Shown: positions 10,201-17,655 of the stretch, piece by piece | How the letters are laid out: the number at the start of each line of letters is the position of its first letter | How positions within the stretch are numbered: position 1 is the stretch's first letter | Assembly (NCBI GenBank): GCA_008501635.1 | Contig: QQUJ01000004.1 | Span: 3,085 to 67,084, forward strand | Length of the DNA: 64,000 nt | Reading direction: 5' to 3' | Source: Pseudomonadota bacterium | GTDB taxonomy: Bacteria; Pseudomonadota; Gammaproteobacteria; QQUJ01 | Notes under the pieces: model-generated | Seen by the model: the letters and a program-made list of their open reading frames with translations, nothing else | Told to the model about the DNA's origin: nothing | Databases searched by the model: none | Position numbers and translations under genes: made by a program

Positions 10201-10317
10201 TCAGGGTGAATTGCTGGCGGTTTCATTCCCCAACCGCAAATACTCGACATCGCAACTCCCTTGCTTTCGTGTTTCGATGGATGTTATCGGCCAATCGGTG
10301 GGCTGGCTAATATTTAT

Positions 10318-10345
10318 TCCCTTCGTCCCCTTTTTCCTATTCCTC
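10318..10345 (-). repeat. TTCCCTTCGTCCCCTTT box (copy 3) at the truncated 3' end of cassette gene 3
   Basis: Exact match to the 8547 box; the adjacent ORF stops immediately next to it. Confidence 0.6.
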
Positions 10346-10954
10346 AAACAACTTTCCTTCAACCACTACAATGGGAAAGACAACAGAACAGATATTCGGA
10401 CTTCGACGAAGCATCCCTATCTCTTTTTTCTCCGCCTCTTTCCTTTCATCAAGCTCGGCTACAGCAGCCAATGCAGCTTTTGAAACAGAAGTAACAGCGG
10501 AATAACATACATCTTTACCTGATGTTAAGGCCTGAGTTACACCATAAGCAGGCCTTTTAGGTATTGAGAATATCGGCAGGCGTTGAATATCAGCGTTTTT
10601 ACATGCTTCGTGAAGAAAGTGCCTTCCTAGACTATTTGCTGCTCGTTGTGCCACGCGAGCTGGATCAGCCAATCGTTTTTTATCAGATGTAAAAAGCAAC
10701 CACGGCTTATCAGTTGAACGCTTACATTCAATAAGAAGAGAAATTCGAAACAATACGTTTTCTACTTTTTTCTGCTTATATGCGACAATATCCAGCTCAC
10801 GCGAATCACCTGTTTCAGGATCTGAATAATACTCCGATTGAACAACGCGAAAACCACTTTGTTGTAAGGTAGACGCTACACGCATTTCCAAGGGGTAACC
10901 TTGCTCATCAAGCCACTTTGCTATCTTTGTTTTTAAGTCGTCTTTTTCGGTCAT
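10337..10954 (-). pseudogene. Integron cassette 3: PD-(D/E)XK nuclease-like protein, probably 3'-truncated
   Basis: GYPLEMRV...RELDIVA...LIECKRS motif; the ORF ends abruptly (VVEGKLFEE*) at the repeat box and no attC follows. Confidence 0.6.
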
Positions 10955-10964
10955 GCTTATAGGT

Positions 10965-11025
10965 TTCTAACGTTTATACTCTGCTGAGCTGCCTTTTTGG
11001 TGTCGGCTGGAGTACATCGTTATAC
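10965..11025 (-). mobile_element. attC site (61 bp)
   Basis: Minus strand GTATAAC-GATGTACTC...GAGTATAAAC-GTTAGAA: R'' and R' boxes plus paired L boxes; the upstream ORF stop TAA lies within R''. Confidence 0.85.
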
Positions 11026-12144
11026 GTTATTCTCATCATCACTATCGGGCTGCCAAGATAGAGGGAGGACTGATTTTCCTTCCATATCCCGGTATCTAAT
11101 TAGACTTGCTTTTTCTTTTACATCTCTTATTACTTTTGACCTTCTTTCGTATTCGGAATTTGCTTCCCCGTTTTCAGTATCCTTTTCAGGCGGTTCTGCT
11201 ATATTTCCTATGCGCGCAGAAAAATGATATCCAATATCAAGTCTTCCGGCGATTTTTTTAACACTCATACGTACATGGCCTTCAAGCTCATTACCTCTTA
11301 GGTCAGGACGTTTGACGACTTTATACTGCTCGATTAATTCGGATGTTATTTCATTTATTTTTTCAGACATTAAAGACTCAGCCCATTTGTCAATTTCATC
11401 AATTAGTTGTTTTGGTGCATCTTTTTCTTCCAGTTCTGCTTTTTTCTTCCTAATATCAAGAAGCTTCTCATAACCTAGCAGTAATATGGCAATTGTGCCT
11501 ACTATCACTTGTGCTGTTTCAGGTAATACTTCGAGAAAAACTGAAAAATCTGATGAAGAAATTGATCTTACTTTGAACTGTTCGGCTTTTCCTGTAACAA
11601 GCTCATTAAAGTGCATTAACTCTCGATTTAATTTTTGTAGATCTTTTGAAAAGTACTCGAGATCATCAGCATTCTCTCGTCTTGGAATAAGAACCCCTAA
11701 TTCCGCAGTATACCCTTTTAGCTCTTCAGCACTTATACCAAGACGTTCAAATCCTGCGACTAATTGTTCTAGGCCTCCTCTGAAAGATGCAAGCTCAGTA
11801 TGCATTTCTAGAATTTCTTTTTGTACTATGGCTGGCGTTACATCTACTTGAGTAAAACTGGCTTCTATTCTTGACTTAAGTGCGCCACCAAGAATTCCTG
11901 AGCCGCCAATTTCAGTAATTATTTGTTGTTTAGATACAGGCCTTTCATAAGATTCTATTTTTTCTAGAGCACCAATAAGGCTTAATTTATGAGCTGCTAC
12001 TTGCTCTTGAGGTTGCGGCTGGTTGGGTTGATTAATGGTATTTTGTAATGCATCAGCTAATTGATTTAGACCGCTCACAAGACTTGCAGAGTCAATTTCT
12101 TTTATGAGTTCTAAACATATTGAGTGAAGTTGCTCAGCGTTCAA
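11020..12144 (-). CDS. Integron cassette 2: 374-aa hypothetical helical protein with one hydrophobic segment
   Basis: Low-GC ORF, TTG start with GGAGAAGG SD, bounded by attC sites; no family recognised. Confidence 0.8.
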   Translation of the reverse strand: MNAEQLHSICLELIKEIDSASLVSGLNQLADALQNTINQPNQPQPQEQVAAHKLSLIGALEKIESYERPVSKQQIITEIGGSGILGGALKSRIEASFTQVDVTPAIVQKEILEMHTELASFRGGLEQLVAGFERLGISAEELKGYTAELGVLIPRRENADDLEYFSKDLQKLNRELMHFNELVTGKAEQFKVRSISSSDFSVFLEVLPETAQVIVGTIAILLLGYEKLLDIRKKKAELEEKDAPKQLIDEIDKWAESLMSEKINEITSELIEQYKVVKRPDLRGNELEGHVRMSVKKIAGRLDIGYHFSARIGNIAEPPEKDTENGEANSEYERRSKVIRDVKEKASLIRYRDMEGKSVLPLSWQPDSDDENNV

Positions 12145-12172
12145 ATTCCTTCTCCCTTGCTATTGTTTATTC

Positions 12173-12256
12173 GCATAATGTTCACATAAAAGGCCGGAGC
12201 AAGCGAAGCTTGCGTAGGCCCAGCCCGCAGGGCGATTTTTGATGTGCTGGTTAGGC
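12173..12256 (-). mobile_element. attC site (84 bp) with R' box altered GTT to ATT
   Basis: Minus strand GCCTAAC-CAGCACATCAAAA...TTTTATGTG-AAC-ATTATGC; L boxes pair with one extrahelical C. Confidence 0.8.
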
Positions 12257-12266
12257 ACTCGAACGC

Positions 12267-12707
12267 TCACTTTACGGCCGATACAGCAATAGACAGAAGA
12301 GATTCCGTACCTTGTAGCATGGCATTTTGATTCGGTAGCACTATGCCGTGGAATCCAAGTGGATACCTCAAATGGAATGGCCTGTCGTAAACCTGATGAA
12401 GGTGTACTACCCATTCTGGTTGTGGCGCGGGTAAAGGGTAGCCTCTATTCTTAGATTCCTCCCAGAGAGAGAGAATGTCGTGACCGTAAGGCGCGCGGCT
12501 GAGCGTCTCGACGTTTAAACCAGCCTCTGACAGCATAGCTTTAAGACTCGCTTCGCAGGTATGGCCGCATAGAAGGGTGATGGCAAATGGGGGCTTGGGC
12601 GAAATATCCGCTAAGGGTTTTGCGCCCAAGAACATTCCTTTTGCAGCAGTCAAATAACCCTGAGCTTCCGTAGGTTGGAATGTCCTAATGCCAGTAAGAT
12701 TGACCAT
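12267..12707 (-). CDS. Integron cassette 1: HEPN-like domain protein
   Basis: LLCGHTCEASLKAML...GHDILSLW...LRYP pattern typical of HEPN domains; ATG a few bases after the GTTGGGC core. Confidence 0.65.
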   Translation of the reverse strand: MVNLTGIRTFQPTEAQGYLTAAKGMFLGAKPLADISPKPPFAITLLCGHTCEASLKAMLSEAGLNVETLSRAPYGHDILSLWEESKNRGYPLPAPQPEWVVHLHQVYDRPFHLRYPLGFHGIVLPNQNAMLQGTESLLSIAVSAVK

Positions 12708-12713
12708 AATTGT

Positions 12714-12732
12714 GCCCAACAGTTTCTTCAAT
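12714..12732 (-). mobile_element. attI-like site / first cassette core site GTTGGGC
   Basis: GTTRRRY core complementary to the cassette's own R'' (GTGCCTAAC), preceded by a 5-bp spacer and degenerate L box ATTGAAG; no attC hairpin upstream. Confidence 0.55.
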
Positions 12733-12992
12733 CGAACACTTCAGCTATCCCCCGCGCAGTCCATTTCTGACAACGCCAAAAAAATCCGCAAGCATTCAAT
12801 TAAGATGAAACAACAGACAGAGAATTATACGGAACTGTTCCAGCTAACTCCCTGCCGCCTGTTTCTGATCTCCTGAAAACACCCCGCCGCCAACTATTTG
12901 ACAACACCCGCCTTTTCCAACCAAACGAGCTCTCGGTCGCGAAACAGGCGGAACACTTCCGTTGAACTGGGGATCGGCCCCTCCGGCCGACC

Positions 12993-13886
12993 TCAACCGC
13001 TTGCAGCCTCCTTGGCCTCGCTCGCCGCTTTGGCCTTCGCCTTCTTGTCCGGGTCGGGCAACATCCCCGGCAGGTGAATGATGTCGGTGGGGCAGACCTC
13101 GACGCAGATCTCTTTGCACTCCGGCCCGTAGTGACGGCAGGTGAAGTGATTGACGTCGATGGCGCCGTCGCGGTAGTCGATGGCCTTGGCGGGGCAGGCC
13201 TTGATGCAGAGCTGGCACTGGATGCAACCGACCATGCAACTGTCCTTGACCGCCTTGCCGCGCTCCTGGGTGAGGCAGGAGAGGATCACGCGATGCTCGC
13301 GCGGATACATGGTGAGCACGTCTTTGGGGCAGGCGGCGATGCAGAGGGTGCAGCCGGTGCACTTTTTCACATTGATCTCGACGATGCCGAGATCACTGAT
13401 GTGCATGGCGTCGAACTGGCAGACGCGCACGCAATCACCCAGCCCCAGACAACCGAACTTGCAGCTCTTGGGACCGCCGAATGAGAGCATCGCCGCCACG
13501 CAGGTGTTGATGCCGTCGTACTCGGCCTGCTGTTTCGCCCAGTTGTTGCTGCCGTAACAGCGCAGCCGTGCCACCTCGTCGCGCATCTCGCCGACCGCCT
13601 TGCCGGTGAGCTGCCCGATTTCGACCGCGACATCGGCGCCGCCCGGCGCGCACAGGATCGGCGAGACGTCGGGATTTTCCACCACCTCCTCGGCGTAGGC
13701 GTGACAGCCCGCGAATCCGCAGGCGCCGCAATTGGCGGCGGGCAGATTCTCATTGACCTCTTCGACCACCGGATTGGATGGCACATGAAAGCGGCGCGCC
13801 GCGGCTGCGAGGGCGATGCCAAAGAACAGCCCCATGGTGGTAAAGACCAGCACACCCCACAGCGCGATGGAAAGCAGATTCTCCAT
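12993..13886 (-). CDS. rnfB: Rnf electron transport complex subunit B
   Basis: LPAANCGACGFAGC FeS domain, CKFGCLGLGDCVRVC and additional ferredoxin motifs. Confidence 0.93.
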   Translation of the reverse strand: MENLLSIALWGVLVFTTMGLFFGIALAAAARRFHVPSNPVVEEVNENLPAANCGACGFAGCHAYAEEVVENPDVSPILCAPGGADVAVEIGQLTGKAVGEMRDEVARLRCYGSNNWAKQQAEYDGINTCVAAMLSFGGPKSCKFGCLGLGDCVRVCQFDAMHISDLGIVEINVKKCTGCTLCIAACPKDVLTMYPREHRVILSCLTQERGKAVKDSCMVGCIQCQLCIKACPAKAIDYRDGAIDVNHFTCRHYGPECKEICVEVCPTDIIHLPGMLPDPDKKAKAKAASEAKEAASG

Positions 13887-13889
13887 GCG

Positions 13890-14720
13890 TCACATCACCT
13901 TGAGACCGGAAAAGCCAAGGAAACTCAGCGCGAACAGCCCGGCGATAATGAAAGCGATCGGCAGGCCGCGAAACAGGCGCGGCACCGGCGCCATGTCGAC
14001 CTTCTCGCGCGCGCAGCTCATGAGGAACAGCGCCAGGGCAAACCCCAGACAGGCGCCGAGCGACAAGCTCACCGCCTCGACGAACGAAGCGCCCGCCGTG
14101 GCGTTGAGCAGCGGGATGGCGAGGATGACGCAGTTGGTGGTGATCAGCATCAGATAGATACCGAATTTTTTGTGCAGCGCCGGCGCGATTTTTTTCAGCA
14201 CCAGATCCGTGCCCTGCACCAGACAGGCGACGATGCCGATGAAGGCGATGATCTGCAGAAAATCGAGCTTCAGCGGCTCCAGCGCGGAGTGGTGCAGCAG
14301 CCACGACAGCGTGCCGCTCAGCACTCCCACGACGCCGAACGTCACCCCCATGCCGATCGCCGTCTCGCGTTTGCGGCTGACGCCGAAGAAGACGCACAGA
14401 CCCAGATACTTGGTGAAGACGAAGTTGCTGATCAGCGCCGCGCCGATCACGCCGGAGACCAGCAGGGCGACCACCGAAGGCTCGATGGACCACAGCCCCT
14501 CGATCCCGGCGATGCTCATCAGATAGTGGCCGCTGCTGCTCAGCGGCTCGGCGGTGGTGACGATGAAGGTACCGGCGTCGGCGCCGGGCAGCAGGCCGGT
14601 CAGCGTGATCGGGATATCGGCATCGTTGGCCTGCACCAGGCGAATGGCATCGACGTCGGCGGGCATGACGCCCTCGACCAGCAGTTTGTAGTCGGATAAC
14701 ACTTTCGCTGTCGCCGCCAT
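13890..14720 (-). CDS. rnfA: Rnf subunit A with about 80 extra N-terminal residues
   Basis: NFVFTKYLGLC and LITTNCVIL motifs; ATG 14720 with AGGAGG SD. Confidence 0.9.
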   Translation of the reverse strand: MAATAKVLSDYKLLVEGVMPADVDAIRLVQANDADIPITLTGLLPGADAGTFIVTTAEPLSSSGHYLMSIAGIEGLWSIEPSVVALLVSGVIGAALISNFVFTKYLGLCVFFGVSRKRETAIGMGVTFGVVGVLSGTLSWLLHHSALEPLKLDFLQIIAFIGIVACLVQGTDLVLKKIAPALHKKFGIYLMLITTNCVILAIPLLNATAGASFVEAVSLSLGACLGFALALFLMSCAREKVDMAPVPRLFRGLPIAFIIAGLFALSFLGFSGLKVM

Positions 14721-14759
14721 ATCTCTTCCTCCTTCTACCGGGGCCACCGTCAACGACGG

Positions 14760-15404
14760 TCAGTGGTGGCACCCGCCTCCCACCTTCTCCTCGGGGAGTT
14801 TGTGGCCCAGTCGCAGATCCACCCAGTTGTAGAGCACCATGATCAGCCCGATGGTGAAGAAGCCGCCCGCGGGCAGTATCACCAACAGCAGCGGTTTGAA
14901 CGCCACGATCTCGAAACCGAACAGGCTGCCGCTGCCCAGCAGTTCGCGGAACGCCCCGGCGAGCACCATCGCCACCAGAAAGCCCAGGCCCATGCCGAAA
15001 CCGTCCCAGAACGACGGTACAATGTTGTGCTTCATGGAGAACAGCTCCATGCGCGAGATGATGATGGCGAAGGCGACGATCAGTTTCACGTAGAGGCCGA
15101 CCTGCTGGTAGGTCACCGGAAAGTAGGCGGCCAGCGTCATGTCCATCACCGTCACCCAGATGGCGATGATGATGGTGAAGATGGGGATGCGGATCTTGGG
15201 ATTGATGATGCCCTTGAGTGCCGAGGCGGAAACGCTGGAGAGCACCTGCACCACGAAGACCGCCACGCCGAGCATCAGGCCGTTCTTCACCGAGGTGGTG
15301 ACGGCCACTGCGGGGCAGAGACTGAGCGCCAGGCGGAAGACGGGATTCTCCTCGAAGATCCCGCGCATGATCATGGTCGAAACCGGAGGGGGTGCTTTGG
15401 TCAT
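14760..15404 (-). CDS. rnfE: Rnf subunit E
   Basis: ENPVFRLALSLCPAVAVTTS, IRIPIF, GAFRELLGSG, LPAGGF. Confidence 0.92.
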   Translation of the reverse strand: MTKAPPPVSTMIMRGIFEENPVFRLALSLCPAVAVTTSVKNGLMLGVAVFVVQVLSSVSASALKGIINPKIRIPIFTIIIAIWVTVMDMTLAAYFPVTYQQVGLYVKLIVAFAIIISRMELFSMKHNIVPSFWDGFGMGLGFLVAMVLAGAFRELLGSGSLFGFEIVAFKPLLLVILPAGGFFTIGLIMVLYNWVDLRLGHKLPEEKVGGGCHH

Positions 15405-15640
15405 CCTGGAAACCTCAGTGGAACGCGCCCGAGTGTGTGGTTCTCGGGTCGGCTGGCAAGGCGCGACGACGCGGCAGGGTAGGTTCCTGCAAGGAGGAGC
15501 AACGCCGCCAGGCGGCCCGAGAACCGTGCAATCGGGTGCGTAGCGGGCTCACCCCTGCGATGAGCGGCGTCGAAGACACAAAACTCAGTGCTCATCGAAT
15601 GCCCCTGGCGCTGCTGAGCAGTCAACTGCGGTTTCCAGGA
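15404..15640. mobile_element. 237-bp MITE-like insertion with TCA target duplication
   Basis: Terminal inverted repeats TCCTGGAAACC(T/G)CAGT; TCA at 15401-15403 and 15641-15643. Confidence 0.8.
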
Positions 15641-16525
15641 TCATAAATAGGCCTCCACGATGCGCATGCGCTTGCGGAAATTGCGCAGCGAACGCTTGAC
15701 GCCGTTGGTCACCGCCACGCTGCTGATGGTGGAACCGGTGATGGCGTGAATCTGCGGGTGGGCGTCGATCTCGGCGCGGTTCTCGCGCACCCAGCTGTCA
15801 AGATCCATGTCCCCCAGTTGCTCCAACCGTTTGCGCCAGTCGTTGGGCAGCGGGTCCTTGATCACCTCGATGGCGTCGATCTGCTCGAATCTGCGCCCGG
15901 CGTACTGGTTCTTGAAGTAGCGCTGGGTGATCTCGGCGCCGAGCCCGGGGTCCTCCTCGTGCTCGATCACCTCCAGCCCCTGCACGCCGAACCGGGCGTC
16001 GATGGCGAGGAAGTAGCGTATCCAGGTCTTGTAGCCCGGCGTGCTCCCCTCCACCACGTAGCCCGCCACCGCGCCGTCCTGTTCGCCGATGAAAAAACGC
16101 CCGGCGTAGTTGAAGTTCGCGTTCTCGCCCGCGCCGGCCGACTGGCGCACCCAGGCATCCTTGTGATCGGGCGACTTCTCGGCGGCCACCTCGGCGGGCA
16201 CTTCGCGGGTATCGAGCGGATTGCCCGCCTCGTCGACGCGCACCAGGGCGCGCGGCGTCAGATAGAGCACCTCCAGCGTCTGCCCTTTCCAGTGCAGATA
16301 GCGGCGCACCTCGTGGATGCGCGCCGCGGGCGTGAGCGCCAGCAGCGTCTGGATCATCGCCTGTTCGCGCGCCTGGATGTTGCGCACCTTCGCCGGTTCG
16401 GTGAGGTAGAAAAAGAAGCCCAGCACGATGGCCGCGGCGAGACAGGTCAGCGTCAGCCCGACGGCGATGCGCATCATCTCCGTCGCATTGGGCGGTGCCT
16501 GTTGTTGCTCGAGTTGCGCGCTCAT
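15641..16525 (-). CDS. rnfG: Rnf subunit G (FMN-binding), enlarged to 294 aa
   Basis: N-terminal TM, GYKTWI, HEEDPGLGAEI, flavinylation motif ITGSTISS; real start is ATG 16525, overlapping the rnfD stop. Confidence 0.88.
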   Translation of the reverse strand: MSAQLEQQQAPPNATEMMRIAVGLTLTCLAAAIVLGFFFYLTEPAKVRNIQAREQAMIQTLLALTPAARIHEVRRYLHWKGQTLEVLYLTPRALVRVDEAGNPLDTREVPAEVAAEKSPDHKDAWVRQSAGAGENANFNYAGRFFIGEQDGAVAGYVVEGSTPGYKTWIRYFLAIDARFGVQGLEVIEHEEDPGLGAEITQRYFKNQYAGRRFEQIDAIEVIKDPLPNDWRKRLEQLGDMDLDSWVRENRAEIDAHPQIHAITGSTISSVAVTNGVKRSLRNFRKRMRIVEAYL

Positions 16526-17508
16526 GACGGCGTCCCCCGGTCCGCGACCCGCCTGGGCCGGAACCACTCTTCCAGTGCCGGCACCAGCAGATTCATCAGC
16601 AGTATCGCGTAACAGATCCCCTCCGGATACCCGCCCCAGTTGCGGATGATGCCGGTGAGCAGCCCGATGCCGAGGCCGAAGACGATCTGCCCGCGCGGCG
16701 TCGAGGGGCTGGTGACGTAGTCGGTGGCCATGAAGAAGGCCCCCAGCCAGAGACCGCCGGAGAGCATGTAGAGCAGCGGCGCATCGGAGTACGGCGCCAT
16801 CAGCGCGGCCCCGGCGAGGACACTGAGCGGGATGTAGAGCTTGATGATGCGGTGCCAGAGCAGGAACGCCGCGCCCAGCACGACGAACAGCACCGAGACC
16901 TCGCCGATGCTGCCCGACTGCAGGCCGAGGAAGAACGAGAGCCAGGGATTCATGTCGCCCGGCACGCCGGTGAGCTGCAGCGCTTCGCCGCTCTGCGTCG
17001 CCGCCTTCATCACCGCCAGCGGCGTGGCGCCGGTGAAGGCATCCACCTGCGAGGCGCCGATCAGCCCCGGCGCCAGCCAGCGCGTGGTCATCTCCACCGG
17101 GAAGGTGGCCATCATGATGGCGCGCGCGATCAGCGCGATGTTGAAGATGTTGTAGCCCAGGCCGCCGAAGACGCTCTTGGCGAGCAACACGCCGAGCAGC
17201 GCGCCGACGAAGGGCATCCACAAGGGCAGCGCGGGCGGCAGCGTGAAGGCGAGCAGAATGCCGGTGCAGACCACCGAGCCGTCGCGAATCGTCGAGGGGA
17301 TTTTGGTCAGCCTGCAGGCCAGATGCTCGGCCACCATACAGCCGAGAATCGATGAGAGCGTGATGGCGACGACCTGCCAGCCGAAGACGATCCACGCCCA
17401 GATCAGCGCCGGCATCAGCGAGATGTTCACCAGCCACATGATCTCGGCGGTGGTGCGCCCGCGCCGGATGTGCGGGCCGTAGGAGAGGTGCAGCGAATCA
17501 GTCGACAT
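16522..17508 (-). CDS. rnfD: Rnf subunit D
   Basis: GPHIR, KSVFGGLGYNIFN, flavinylation motif DAFTGATPL, FFMATDYVTSP. Confidence 0.93.
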   Translation of the reverse strand: MSTDSLHLSYGPHIRRGRTTAEIMWLVNISLMPALIWAWIVFGWQVVAITLSSILGCMVAEHLACRLTKIPSTIRDGSVVCTGILLAFTLPPALPLWMPFVGALLGVLLAKSVFGGLGYNIFNIALIARAIMMATFPVEMTTRWLAPGLIGASQVDAFTGATPLAVMKAATQSGEALQLTGVPGDMNPWLSFFLGLQSGSIGEVSVLFVVLGAAFLLWHRIIKLYIPLSVLAGAALMAPYSDAPLLYMLSGGLWLGAFFMATDYVTSPSTPRGQIVFGLGIGLLTGIIRNWGGYPEGICYAILLMNLLVPALEEWFRPRRVADRGTPS

Positions 17509-17540
17509 GTGCCGCCATACCCTTGATCTGATAAAGGCGC

Positions 17541-17634
17541 TCAACGCCAAGACGCGAAGACGCAAAGAACGCGGAGAAAGATTTTTTACATAAAAAACCT
17601 TTGCACACCTGGCGTCTTGGCGCCTTGGCGTTGA
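17541..17634. repeat. Palindrome built from 9-nt periodic units (ACGCCAAGA-like) between rnfC and rnfD
   Basis: TCAACGCCAAGACGCGAAGACGCAAAG...CTTGGCGCCTTGGCGTTGA. Confidence 0.75.
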
Positions 17635-17655
17635 ACGCATTCAATACAGCCATGT

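Noticed and set aside
12830-12990. intI remnant or LexA box upstream of the attI-like site
   Set aside because: No tyrosine-recombinase motifs and no CTGT-N8-ACAG match found by eye
15641-17437. 598-aa ORF suggesting an RnfD-RnfG fusion or frameshift
   Set aside because: The upstream half is an off-frame shadow of rnfD; RnfG has its own ATG at 16525 overlapping the rnfD stop
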